Assembly (NCBI GenBank): GCA_046744115.1
Contig: JBKOXW010000039.1
Span: 1 to 37,879 of the forward strand
From: Actinomycetota bacterium
GTDB lineage: Bacteria > Actinomycetota > Actinomycetes > Mycobacteriales > CADCTP01
Length of the DNA stretch: 37,879 nt
Reading direction: 5' to 3'
The first letter of the stretch is position 1; each line of letters begins with the position of its first letter. Position numbers and translations under genes: made by a program. The notes beneath the pieces are model-generated. The model did no database searches, was not told the DNA's origin, and was given only the letters and a program-made list of their open reading frames with translations. Below are positions 1 to 9,204 of the stretch, in pieces.

Positions 1-422
1 CCGGTCCGGCTGTCGATGAGGTTCAGCTGGAAGATGAGCAGGAAGATCGGCACCATCGCGGCCGTGCCGGTGACGATCGAGGACAGCAGCAGCAGCAGGT
101 AGAGCAACATGTCCCGGCCGGGGATGCGCACCCGGGACAGCGAGTACGCGGCGAGCGCGGCGCAGACCACGGCGAGCGCGGCCGTGCCGGCGGCGAGCAG
201 CACCGAGTTCCACAGCGATCCCAGCGCGTAGGGGTTGTCGCGCAGCTCGCGGAAGTTGTCCAGCGTGAAGTCCGGAATGGACGGAGTCAGGCCGGGCGTG
301 GCGTCGAACGGCGCCGAGGCCAGCCACAGCATCGGCAGCGCGAAGAATCCGGTCACCGCGGCGATGAACGTGTAGAACCCGATCCGCCCGAGCACCTGCC
401 GCACGCTCACGGTCCTGGTCAT
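1..422 (-). CDS. ABC sugar transporter permease (CUT1, MalG-like), partial; C-terminus runs off the window
   Basis: The reverse strand from ATG (rc of 420-422) reads MTRTVSVRQVLGRIGFYTFIAAVTGFFALPMLWLASAPFDATPG...IFLLIFQLNLIDSRTG. It is hydrophobic and permease-like with high GC3. The ATG overlaps the upstream stop (ATGA, 419-422). It is absent from the ORF track because no stop lies in the window. Confidence 0.8.
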   Translation of the reverse strand, partial: MTRTVSVRQVLGRIGFYTFIAAVTGFFALPMLWLASAPFDATPGLTPSIPDFTLDNFRELRDNPYALGSLWNSVLLAAGTAALAVVCAALAAYSLSRVRIPGRDMLLYLLLLLSSIVTGTAAMVPIFLLIFQLNLIDSRT

Positions 423-1369
423 GACCGGCGCTCCCGGAGCAGGCGCAGGTAGAACAGCGCGATGACGAGGTTGATGAGCAGCATGATGAGTGAGACGGCG
501 GAGCCGAATCCGAGCTGCCCGTCGAAGATTGCGACGTTGTAGATGTAGACGGGGAGGATTTCCGACTCGCGGTTTGGTCCGCCCGCCGTGATGAGGTACG
601 GGGTGAAGTCGTTGAACGTCCACAGGCTGATGAGCAACGTGTTCGTCAGCAGGTGGCCGCGGATGTGCGGGAACACCACGTCCCGCAGCTGAGCGAACAC
701 CGAGGCTCCCGCCAGCCGGGCGGTCTCCAGCTGGGACGGTGGGACCGAGCCCAGCGCCGCGCCGAAGAGCAGCAGCGAGAACGCCGTGCCCCGCCAGATG
801 TTGAACACGATGATCGACGCCATCGGGTGGTCGATCAGCCAGGCGGCGCCGGGCGTGTTCAGCAGCGCGTTCAGGGTGCCGGAATCCCGGTCGAGCAGCG
901 CGATCCAGAGGAACGCCACCACCGACGAGGGCAGGATCCAGGCCAGCAGGACCAGCGTCTCGACGATGCCGCGCACCCAGCCGCGGGCGGTGCGCAGCGT
1001 CCATGCGAGCGTGAATCCGAGCACGGTCTGCCCGACGATCGCCGAGCCGAACACGAACAGCAGGGTGAGCCAGAGCGCGTTGTGGAAGCGCGGGTCGGAC
1101 AGGGCGGTGGTGTAGTTGTCCAGACCGACGATCTCCGGCGCCGCGGCCGACCGGCCGGTGAGGCGGTAGTTCGTCAGTCCCAGGTAGAGCGTCCAGACCG
1201 CGGGGAAGACGAGGAACACGGCGACGAGCGCCATCGCCGGTGCGACGAACGCCGTGGCCCGGGCCCGGCCCAGGCCGGCGACGTCCGCCGCAGCGCCCCG
1301 CTTCGTGTCGGTGGTCTCCGGCGCCGGGGCCGGAGAGAGCTCAGGAGGTGGCGATGTCGTCGCTGCCAC
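419..1369 (-). CDS. ABC sugar transporter permease (CUT1, MalF-like)
   Basis: The track ORF 419..1432 is multi-TM (FPAVWTLYLGLTNYRL, SIIVFNIWRGTAF). I place the start at in-frame GTG (rc of 1367-1369), preceded by GGAGAAGG (rc of 1376-1383). This overlaps the binding-protein gene by 29 nt. The track start at 1432 is a TTG and would overlap by 92 nt. The start is uncertain. Confidence 0.75.
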   Translation of the reverse strand: MAATTSPPPELSPAPAPETTDTKRGAAADVAGLGRARATAFVAPAMALVAVFLVFPAVWTLYLGLTNYRLTGRSAAAPEIVGLDNYTTALSDPRFHNALWLTLLFVFGSAIVGQTVLGFTLAWTLRTARGWVRGIVETLVLLAWILPSSVVAFLWIALLDRDSGTLNALLNTPGAAWLIDHPMASIIVFNIWRGTAFSLLLFGAALGSVPPSQLETARLAGASVFAQLRDVVFPHIRGHLLTNTLLISLWTFNDFTPYLITAGGPNRESEILPVYIYNVAIFDGQLGFGSAVSLIMLLINLVIALFYLRLLRERRS

Positions 1370-2756
1370 CGAGCGCCTTCTCCAGCGCCGCCTGGTAGCT
1401 GGCCGCGGCCTGGTTCGGCGACTTGCCGGCAATGATGTCCGCGGTGGCCTGCTGCAGCGCCACCGAGACCTGCGGGTAGACCGCCAGGCCCGGCCGGAAC
1501 GCGGTCAGCGGTAGCACCTGGGTCGCGACGAAGTCCAGCATCGGGTCACGCGCGAGCACCTCCTCGTTCACGTCGTCGCGCTGGGTGATCCGCGCGGCGC
1601 CCTGCAGCAGCGCCTTGGTCGCCTCGGCGGAGTTCATGAACGCGAGCAGCTCCCATGCCTGCTGGGGAAAGTCGGTGTTCGGGTTGACCGTGCGGCCGCC
1701 GCCACCGGACATGCTCACGAAGTCCTGGCCGTGGATGCCGGCGCCGGGCCGGACGGCGGGGATCTTGGCGTACCCGACGGTCTGGTCGCGGTCCTTCATC
1801 GGCGCGATGCCGACGGTCGGCTCGATGACCGAGCGCCAGAAGTAGTCGCCTTCGAGGAGGATGCCGACCTGGCCGGCGGCGAACTCGGCGAACGACTTGT
1901 CCCGACCCTTCGCCTCCTGCTGCAGCCGCGCGTCGCCGAGCCCGCTGCCGCCGTAGATCTGGTCGTAGAGGCCGAGCACCTGCTTGACGTTCGCGGTGGC
2001 TCCTTGCCACTTCTCCGACTCCGGGTCGAAGATCTCCGCGCCGGTGCCGACCAGCATCGGCAGCACGCCCTGCATGGTGGTGGCCTCGCCCATCGCGGTG
2101 CCGGCGTTGAGCTGGATCGGGATCTTCACGCCGGCCGCCTTGAGCCGGTTTCCGGCGCTGATCACGTCGTCCCAGCTCTCGGGCTGCCAGGTGGACGGCA
2201 GGCCGGCGCGGGTGAACAGGTCCTTGTTGTAGTAGAGGACGCGCCCGTCGGTGCCGGACGGGACGCCGTACCGCTTGTCCTGAAAGGACATGCTCTGCTG
2301 CACGGTTGGCTGGACCTGATCCCAGCCGTCCCACTCGGCGGCGGCCTCGCCGGCCAGCTCGTCGAGCGGCTTGATGTAGCCGGCCTCGGCGAACTCGCCG
2401 ACCCAGATGCCGTCCAGGGAGATGATGTCCGCGCCGCTGCCGGTCCGCAGATCCAGCGCGAGCTTCGTCTTGTACTGCTCGTCGTCCACGCCGGACGGCT
2501 GGAACTTGACGTTCGCGCGAACGCCCTTCTGCTTCATGTTGTCGACGAAGACGGGGATCACGTACTTGGTGATCCAGTCCGCCTCGGCCGCGTTCTTCCC
2601 GCCCTCGATGGCGTTCGCGGATATGGTCAGCGAGACCTCCGTGGCGCCCGCGCCCCGCTCGGGATCGGAGTCATCCCTGGCGCCGAGGCAGGAGGTGGCC
2701 GTCAGCGCGAGGCCGGCGAGGACGACGAGCGGACCGGTCGTGCTGCCGCGTCGCAT
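1341..2756 (-). CDS. Extracellular sugar-binding lipoprotein of an ABC transporter (family 1 SBP)
   Basis: 471-aa ORF with a signal peptide and lipobox-like LALTATSC. The composition is SBP-like (DIISLDGIWVGEFAEAGY, YYNKDLF). ATG at 2754-2756 is preceded by AGGAGG (rc of 2762-2767). It sits upstream of two permeases. Confidence 0.85.
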   Translation of the reverse strand: MRRGSTTGPLVVLAGLALTATSCLGARDDSDPERGAGATEVSLTISANAIEGGKNAAEADWITKYVIPVFVDNMKQKGVRANVKFQPSGVDDEQYKTKLALDLRTGSGADIISLDGIWVGEFAEAGYIKPLDELAGEAAAEWDGWDQVQPTVQQSMSFQDKRYGVPSGTDGRVLYYNKDLFTRAGLPSTWQPESWDDVISAGNRLKAAGVKIPIQLNAGTAMGEATTMQGVLPMLVGTGAEIFDPESEKWQGATANVKQVLGLYDQIYGGSGLGDARLQQEAKGRDKSFAEFAAGQVGILLEGDYFWRSVIEPTVGIAPMKDRDQTVGYAKIPAVRPGAGIHGQDFVSMSGGGGRTVNPNTDFPQQAWELLAFMNSAEATKALLQGAARITQRDDVNEEVLARDPMLDFVATQVLPLTAFRPGLAVYPQVSVALQQATADIIAGKSPNQAAASYQAALEKALGGSDDIATS

Positions 2757-2809
2757 GTGAACCTCCTGGTCAGCCTGGTATGCCGGTGGAGGCCCAACAT
2801 TTCATGACA

Positions 2810-2823
2810 TTACTCAGGAGTAA
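2810..2823. promoter_or_regulatory. Candidate operator palindrome TTACTC-AG-GAGTAA in a low-GC patch upstream of the sugar-binding protein gene
   Basis: Perfect 6+6 inverted repeat with a 2-nt spacer. It lies in the only AT-rich stretch (about 2790-2830, also containing TCATGA) of the 108-nt gap between 2756 and 2865. Confidence 0.35.
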
Positions 2824-2864
2824 ACGATCCGCCGGTGTCGAATCGGTATCGGGCGGCCTCAGCC

Positions 2865-3698
2865 TCAATGGCGGTGGGTGGCGTCCGGCTGGCGCGGGTC
2901 GGCCGGGTGCTCGTAGCCCGGCGCGAGCCGGACCAGCGCCGCGTACCGCTCGTCGAGCCAGCGGGCGAACGCCTGCTGGCGACGGCGGTACAGCAGGTGG
3001 GCCGCGATTCCGGCGCGCGCCTCGTCGTGCGGGATCGTCCCGCCGGGCAGGACGCGGTCGACCGCGACGAGGTGCCAGCCGAGCTCGGTGCGCAGCGGAC
3101 CCGCCCGACGTCGACCCACCGCGAGGGCGTCTCGGATGGCCGCCGCGACCTCTGGGACCAGCGCCGACGGCGGGAGCGCGGTCGGCCGGGCGGCGCCGAG
3201 CACGGCCGCCAGCCCGGTCGGGTCCTCGGCCTGGAAGGCCTGCCGCACGAGCCACCGCTCCGCCCGCGCGTACCGGTCGGGATTGCGGTCGTAGTACGCG
3301 CGAACGTCCGGTTCGGACACCGCGACGGCGGCCGTCACGGTCTGGTATACCGCGCGCGCCGTGGCCGAGGTGGCGAGCACGTCAGCAGCGGACGCGCCGA
3401 GCAGGGCCGGGTCCGGCCGCACGGCGGCTACGTTGACCTCGCTCGCCAGGCCGCGCGCCGGGTGCTCACGTTCCAGGAGCCGGCGGATGACCACGCGCTG
3501 GGTGACCCAGCGGCGAAGCTGCCGCCCGTCGGCCGTTCCTTCCGCGGGCTGCAGCGCGGCCAGCGGACCGGCGCCGCGGCGGAGCCGGGCCATCTCGGCC
3601 GCGATCTCGGCACTACTGATTGGCGAGTCGCCCACCCACGCCGCCACCCCGCTGGCGGCCACCGGGTTGTCGTCCGTCGGGACAGCGTCGGGGGTCAT
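2865..3698 (-). CDS. Parvulin/SurA-N-like putative peptidyl-prolyl isomerase or chaperone (function uncertain)
   Basis: ORF 2865..3779. I start it at MTPDAVPTDD (ATG, rc of 3696-3698), which overlaps the GH38 stop (ATGA). There is a parvulin-like core (ELGWHLVAVDRVLPGG) and an N-terminal helical region. The C-terminal tail is His-rich (GYEHPADPRQPDATHRH). No signal peptide is visible. Confidence 0.5.
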   Translation of the reverse strand: MTPDAVPTDDNPVAASGVAAWVGDSPISSAEIAAEMARLRRGAGPLAALQPAEGTADGRQLRRWVTQRVVIRRLLEREHPARGLASEVNVAAVRPDPALLGASAADVLATSATARAVYQTVTAAVAVSEPDVRAYYDRNPDRYARAERWLVRQAFQAEDPTGLAAVLGAARPTALPPSALVPEVAAAIRDALAVGRRRAGPLRTELGWHLVAVDRVLPGGTIPHDEARAGIAAHLLYRRRQQAFARWLDERYAALVRLAPGYEHPADPRQPDATHRH

Positions 3699-6600
3699 CG
3701 TCGAGGTGGGTCGACGGTGAGGCGAACCGACTCGGTATAGCGGACGCGGCCCGCGTACATCAGCTTGACCAGCAGCCACCAGCTTCCCGGTCGGGCGTCG
3801 GCCGGCACGGCGACCGGGAAGTCGACGAACGCCCGGCTGTCACCGTCCACCCGAACGCCAGCCACCCACTGCGGGGTCAGATCCCAGGTATCGACCGGGC
3901 CGACCAGGTGGGCGACCGCATGCACCGGGCTGCGGTACCGGCTGACCAGCGCGGCCCGCAGAAACGTCCGATCCCCGGGACGGAGCGTGATGGCGGGAGT
4001 GTCGATCATGACGTCCAACTCGCCCGGCCCGGCCGCTCCCGGGTACGCGCCGGGCACCCGGACCGTGACCACGTCCTCGACCGTCTGGTCGCCGTGCGCG
4101 ATGGCGACCCCGACGAGGTGGTCGCCGGCGGGCGCGTCGCGCGCCGGGCTCACCCGCACCGGCAACCTCTCGACGCCGCCGGCCGCCACGGCCAGCGGGA
4201 ACTCCGCCGGCGCGGCCGTCCAGCCGTCCGGCACGCCGACGCGGACGAGGCCGGCCCAGTTCGCGTCGGTGTACGCGGACGCGACGGTCACCCGCAGGTC
4301 GAACGGCCCGTTGCCATCGGCCAGGCTCGGCTCGGCGCGCACGGTGATCGGCAGGTTGCCGGCCGGCGCCGGGCCGGTGTTGTGCAGCCAGTAGCGGGCG
4401 TACACCGGCTGCGCCGGCTCCGCGTCCGCCACCAGCGGCACGGCAGGGGACGGTGTCTGCCGGCCAGCGTCACCGGCGGCGCGTTCCGACGGACGGCCCG
4501 AGTCGGTCCGGGGCGCGAGCACGACCGTCGCGATCGCCGCACCCTCTAGCGGCACGGTCACGCTCCCGTCTGCGGCGACCGGCAGCGCGACCCCCGGGCG
4601 CTCCAGCAGGTCCGCGGCGAATGCCTCTGACGGAGCCGGGTGGAACCGCAGCCGTGGCCGGGCCGGGCGGCCGTGCGGCTCGTACAGCCGGACGGTCACG
4701 CCGGCCAGCGGGGTGGACTCCGCGGCGGAACCCTCGGCGAGAGGGTTGCCGGCCGGCTTGACTGCGGTGACCACGGCGGCGCCGGGTGGCTCCACCGACA
4801 GCAGCGAGCCGGACGCCGGCAGCCCCGCGTCGACGACCGCGGTGAGCGGGTGGTTGAAGGCATGCCCGGCCCGGACGAAGCCGGCGTCCCGCCAGTCGCC
4901 GGCGCCGGACACGAGCGCGTACTCGAACGTGTGGGTCCAGTGCTGGAGCTGGAAGCCGGAGCCGTCCGGAGTGACACGCCGCTTCTCGTCGATCCACACC
5001 CCGGACGGCCAGCCGGTGCAGGACCGCAGCAGCGACAGGTGCAGCGCGCCGGTCCGGTCCACCGCGAAGCCGGGTAGCCCGCGGTTGAGGATCGCCACCG
5101 ACGCGTCGTCCAGCCCGGGCTCGGTCGCGTGCAGCCCGGCCGGCTGCCGCACGTCCACGGTGGCGTCGGCGAGATCGGCGGCGAGCGCGGCGAGCTCGGC
5201 GTGCAGGGCCGGCTCGTCCCGGCCGGCCACGACCAGGACCGGCAGCGCACGCTCCGCGCGCAGGTCGGCGTTCGGCACCCACACCTGGGCCAGCGGGCGT
5301 TCGGCCGGCACCCAGACCCGCGCCCGCCCGCCCGCCGCCAGCTGGCGGCGCAGCTCGGCGGCGTAGCCCGCGTCGGCGGCGTCGAGCAGCCGCTCGCTGA
5401 ACGCGTTGCGGTCCGGGCCGCCGAGCGCGATCCGTACGTCCGGCAGGTTCGAGTCGACGTCGAGGTGGCCGTACCGGCTGCCGGTGTCGACCGAGGTGGT
5501 CGACGTGACCCCGGCGCGGACCAGCGCCACGACGAGGTCACGGACCTCGGTCGAGGTGACCAGGCCGGCGTCGGCGACCACGTCGGCCACGCCGATCGCC
5601 CGACCCGCAGGGCCATGTCCGCCACCCGCAACGTCGGCGAGCCGCACCCGCGCGGTCGAGCCGACCCCGAACCAGCCGTACGCCGGGTTGTCCAGCGTCC
5701 ACGGCGCCTCGGCGGTGTCCACGTCGACGATCCCGAACCCGCGCCCGATCACGGCGTTGCCGACCTCGCTCACCGGCAACCCGCCGCGCACCGCGGTCGG
5801 CCAGCGCAGCCGGAGCAGCTGGTCGCTGCCGCGGAAGTCGTCGACGTGGGTGGCGCAGTCCACCCGGGACAGACCGTCCCAGAGCGTGATCACTTGCGTG
5901 TAGCCGAGAGTGGACAGCCTGCCCCGCACCACGATGCGGGAGCCGAGCGGACCGGTCTCGACGTGCACCCGGGCGCCCTGCCGGCCGGACGCGTCGGCCG
6001 GCGGACCCGTCGGCAGCAGGTGCCAGGGGCCCTCGCCGTAGCGTGGATGCTGCGGATACTCGGCGTAGAGCAGCAGCTCGTTGCCGACCTGACCGTCCGG
6101 CAGCACGTCGAGGCCGTCGCCGAGATCCTGCAGGCGTGACACGCAGCCGCCCCGCGCCGGGTCGACGGTGATCCGGTAGCGGTCGTTCGCGATCGAGGGC
6201 CCGGCGTCGGGCGCGATCCGCCACCCGCGCCGCGCGATCGGCCCATCGTCGGGACGCAGGACGTAGCCGCGGTAGCCGGTGGCCGGAACATCGGCCGCCA
6301 GGAACGTCAGCGTGACCCCGGCCACCGTGCCGTCCCGGCGCATCACCACGCCCTCGGCCAGGACCGGCACCTCGGCGCCGTGCTCGTCCACAACCGACAG
6401 TCCCGGCGCGACGAACGGCGGGGCCACCCGGACCCGGACCAGATCGGTCCGCGGCCAGCTCATCCCGTTGAAGACGAGCACGCGCACGCCGTCGTCGCGC
6501 CCGCCGGAAGCGGCGATCCGGGCGGCGAGATGGGCGGTCGCCCCGTCCCGCACCGACCGGCCGATGTCACGCGCTTCGCGCCACCCGGTGAGCAGGTCGA

Positions 6601-8059
6601 TGTAGACCTGGTCGGATTCCGAGCCGGTGATCGCGTCGTGGTGCGCCCCGTACACCAGCTGTCGCCAGGCCTTGTCCAGCAGGACCGCCGGATACCGGGC
6701 ACCGTGCAACGCGGCGAGCGTGGCGAACCGTTCCGCGTCCAGCAGCAGCGTCTCCGCCTGCCGCTGGGCCAGCTTGGTGTCGATATAGGACACGTCCTTG
6801 CCGGTGTAGATCGGGTTCATGTCCCGGGTCTGCGGGCTGAGCCGCCGGCCGGTCGCGTCCAGCTCCGCGCGCACCGCGGCGAAGAAGTCGTGCGGGATCG
6901 CGCAGACGAACCGCGGCCACACGTACCGGGCCGCCCAGTCCCTGTGGATCTCGGTCACCCACTTGTTCGGCGGGGAGTAGTCGGTGCCGACCGGGAGCAG
7001 CACGTGCCGGGTGGCGGCGACCGCCTTCAGCGCCAGGAAGATCCGGTACACCGCCGCCTCGGCCTCGGCCAGCGTCGGCGCCGAGTCCATCCACCAGCCG
7101 GCCGAGTAGTGCGCCGGCATGTAGCTGGTGAGCAGTCCACGCCCGCTCGGCGCCACCCATTCGAACTCGCTGGGAAACTGCATGGCGCGGGCGTCCCGGA
7201 ACGGCTCGGCCGAAGTCGTCTGCAACGGCCCCCACTGGTGGTACGGCCCGCGCGCCCACGAGCTCGACGTCAGCCCGGCATCGGCCATCAGCCCGGGGAA
7301 CTGCGGGTCGTGCCCGAATGCGTCGAGCTGCCACGCGGTCCGCGGGTCGCCGCCGAGCACGTCGCGCTGCAAGCCGATGCCGTACACGGCGTTGCGGATC
7401 GTGGTCTCCGCGCTCGTGAGGTTCGTGTTCGGCTCGTTGTACGTGCCGCCCATCAGCTCGCACCGGCCCTCGGCGAGCAGCCGGCGAAGGTAGCCGCGAT
7501 CCTCGGGGTGGGAGTCCCAGTACGGCTTGAGGTAGTCGGTCTCGGCCAGCACGAACCGGTAGTCCGGATCGGTCCGGGTCAGCTCCAGGTGCGCCCGCAC
7601 GAGGTCGAACCCGGCGTGCTGGAACGGCAATCGCGGCGAGCCGGCCCAGTCCAGCGCGTCCCAGGACGAGGTGTAGGCGGCCTGCGTCGTCCACCAGACC
7701 GGGTCGTAGTGGAAGTGCGAGACCATGAACATCGTCCAGCCCGGCTCGGCGACCGTCAGCGTCGCCTCGGCGCGGGCCAGCGGCCGGTCGTCCGGCACCG
7801 ATGCCACGGTGACCACGGCCTCGACCGTCGCACCGACCGCCATGCTCGGCGCGACCCGCACCGCCACCTCGTGGGTGAGCGGCTCGCCGCCGGTCAGCCC
7901 GACGACGACCGGGCGCTGGGTTCGAGCCGTGGCCCCGTCCACCCGGACCGCGACCTCGCCCTGCGGCCCGGCCAGCGTGACCCGGACGACCTGCTCCGGC
8001 GAGTCGGCCGCGCCGACGAACAGCTCGGTCGACGCGACGTCGAGGATCTGAACGGTCAC
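3695..8059 (-). CDS. Glycoside hydrolase family 38 alpha-mannosidase, very large (1454 aa) with extra N- and C-terminal beta-rich domains
   Basis: GH38 hallmarks are present (FMVSHFHYDPVWW, GGTYNEPNTNL, AWQLDAFGHDPQFP). The C-terminal 350 aa or so looks like repeated NEW3/Ig-like modules. GTG start at 8059. No signal peptide. Confidence 0.9.
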   Translation of the reverse strand: MTVQILDVASTELFVGAADSPEQVVRVTLAGPQGEVAVRVDGATARTQRPVVVGLTGGEPLTHEVAVRVAPSMAVGATVEAVVTVASVPDDRPLARAEATLTVAEPGWTMFMVSHFHYDPVWWTTQAAYTSSWDALDWAGSPRLPFQHAGFDLVRAHLELTRTDPDYRFVLAETDYLKPYWDSHPEDRGYLRRLLAEGRCELMGGTYNEPNTNLTSAETTIRNAVYGIGLQRDVLGGDPRTAWQLDAFGHDPQFPGLMADAGLTSSSWARGPYHQWGPLQTTSAEPFRDARAMQFPSEFEWVAPSGRGLLTSYMPAHYSAGWWMDSAPTLAEAEAAVYRIFLALKAVAATRHVLLPVGTDYSPPNKWVTEIHRDWAARYVWPRFVCAIPHDFFAAVRAELDATGRRLSPQTRDMNPIYTGKDVSYIDTKLAQRQAETLLLDAERFATLAALHGARYPAVLLDKAWRQLVYGAHHDAITGSESDQVYIDLLTGWREARDIGRSVRDGATAHLAARIAASGGRDDGVRVLVFNGMSWPRTDLVRVRVAPPFVAPGLSVVDEHGAEVPVLAEGVVMRRDGTVAGVTLTFLAADVPATGYRGYVLRPDDGPIARRGWRIAPDAGPSIANDRYRITVDPARGGCVSRLQDLGDGLDVLPDGQVGNELLLYAEYPQHPRYGEGPWHLLPTGPPADASGRQGARVHVETGPLGSRIVVRGRLSTLGYTQVITLWDGLSRVDCATHVDDFRGSDQLLRLRWPTAVRGGLPVSEVGNAVIGRGFGIVDVDTAEAPWTLDNPAYGWFGVGSTARVRLADVAGGGHGPAGRAIGVADVVADAGLVTSTEVRDLVVALVRAGVTSTTSVDTGSRYGHLDVDSNLPDVRIALGGPDRNAFSERLLDAADAGYAAELRRQLAAGGRARVWVPAERPLAQVWVPNADLRAERALPVLVVAGRDEPALHAELAALAADLADATVDVRQPAGLHATEPGLDDASVAILNRGLPGFAVDRTGALHLSLLRSCTGWPSGVWIDEKRRVTPDGSGFQLQHWTHTFEYALVSGAGDWRDAGFVRAGHAFNHPLTAVVDAGLPASGSLLSVEPPGAAVVTAVKPAGNPLAEGSAAESTPLAGVTVRLYEPHGRPARPRLRFHPAPSEAFAADLLERPGVALPVAADGSVTVPLEGAAIATVVLAPRTDSGRPSERAAGDAGRQTPSPAVPLVADAEPAQPVYARYWLHNTGPAPAGNLPITVRAEPSLADGNGPFDLRVTVASAYTDANWAGLVRVGVPDGWTAAPAEFPLAVAAGGVERLPVRVSPARDAPAGDHLVGVAIAHGDQTVEDVVTVRVPGAYPGAAGPGELDVMIDTPAITLRPGDRTFLRAALVSRYRSPVHAVAHLVGPVDTWDLTPQWVAGVRVDGDSRAFVDFPVAVPADARPGSWWLLVKLMYAGRVRYTESVRLTVDPPRR

Positions 8060-8250
8060 CCGCTCATCTTGCCCGCATCACGCCCCCGCTCGCCGAGGCC
8101 GCAACCGCACTGGCCGCCGCCGATCCGCGGACCGCCGCGGCGGGGTGCGGCGGTCGGCCCGCGCGCTCGGCACGAGCCCCGAGGTCGTCAGGCCGGCGTG
8201 GCTGGTCGCGGAGGCACAGCGGCTGGGTGAGGGGTGACAGCGGCAGGCGG

Positions 8251-8952
8251 CTAGGCCCGCGCCGGCTCCGTCACGTGCAGCACTCGCCACAGCAGCGCGG
8301 CCAGGGCGCCGCCGAGCAGCGGGAAGACGATGAACGCCCACAGCTGCGCAAGCGCCCACGTGTGCTGGAAGACCGCGGTGCCGATGCTGCGCGCCGGGTT
8401 GAGCGACGCGTTGCTGATCGGTATCAGGATGAGGTGGCCGACCGTCAGCATGAGGCCCGCGGCCACCCCGCCGAACAGCGTCGGCGCGCCGGCGTGCGTC
8501 GTCGAGATGACCACGAACACGAACCCGGCCGTGACGACCAGCTCGGCCAGCGCGACGGCGATCAGGCCGTACCCGAGCGGCGAGTGGTCGCCGTACCCGT
8601 TCGACGCGAACCCGGTGTCCACGACGCTGAACCCGTCCCGTCCACTCGCGACGATGAACATGATCAGCCCGGCCACCAGCGCACCGACCACCTGGCTGCC
8701 GATGTAGAGCGCCAGCCGACCGGTCTGGAACACCCCGTGCAGCCAGAGCCCGATGGTCACGGCCGGGTTGAGGTGGCAGCCGGAGATCGAGCCGATCGCG
8801 TACGCCATGCACAGCAGCAGGAAACCGATCGACAGCGCGACACCGACCGCCCCGATCTGCTCGCCGGCGAGCAGTCCGGCGCCGGGCCCGGCGAGCACGA
8901 GCAGGCACGTCCCCAGCGCCTCGGCGATGACGATTCGCACAGTTGGCGTCAT
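8251..8952 (-). CDS. aqpZ: MIP-family channel (aquaporin Z-like)
   Basis: Two NPA boxes (HLNPAVTIG and SLNPARSIG) and six hydrophobic segments. I start it at MTPTVRIVIAEALGT (ATG, rc of 8950-8952). The Arg-rich N-terminal extension of the track ORF looks non-coding. Confidence 0.85.
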   Translation of the reverse strand: MTPTVRIVIAEALGTCLLVLAGPGAGLLAGEQIGAVGVALSIGFLLLCMAYAIGSISGCHLNPAVTIGLWLHGVFQTGRLALYIGSQVVGALVAGLIMFIVASGRDGFSVVDTGFASNGYGDHSPLGYGLIAVALAELVVTAGFVFVVISTTHAGAPTLFGGVAAGLMLTVGHLILIPISNASLNPARSIGTAVFQHTWALAQLWAFIVFPLLGGALAALLWRVLHVTEPARA

Positions 8953-9204
8953 GATCGGCAGGCTAGCGGGGCCGCACTCGCTCACACACCGAGGCACGCC
9001 GGTCGGGCGCCGACGCCCCCGTCCGGTGACGGTCCTCTGTCGACGCATCACGCATAGTCACGAAACGGTGGCCCGTACGGAGTCACTTCGCAGGTGGCTG
9101 GCTCGTGCGGCGCCGCGGTCCGTACTATCGGTGAGCTTCGTCGGCCAACCAGCGCAGGCGGTCGACTCCGGTCGGGTCATGCACCACAGGGAGGGCTGTC
9201 CGTC

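Noticed and set aside
1370-1432. The track start (TTG at 1432) for the first permease, implying a 92-nt overlap with the binding-protein gene and an Arg-rich 21-aa N-terminus.
   Set aside because: An in-frame GTG at 1369 with a strong GGAGAAGG RBS gives a more usual architecture. The extra N-terminal residues look like off-frame translation of the binding-protein gene's 3' end.
8060-8250. Hairpin CCGCGG-ACCG-CCGCGG and the direct repeat GCCGCTGT.. between the GH38 start and the aqpZ stop, as a possible terminator or regulatory element.
   Set aside because: The stems are short and self-complementary, which is common by chance in GC-rich DNA. There is no U-tract or conservation evidence available.
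9055-9095. Possible GlnR box (GTCAC GAAAC ... GTACG .. GTCAC) in the aqpZ/LCP divergent region.
   Set aside because: The spacing does not fit the gTnAc-n6-GaAAc arrangement. The half-sites abut or are irregularly spaced.
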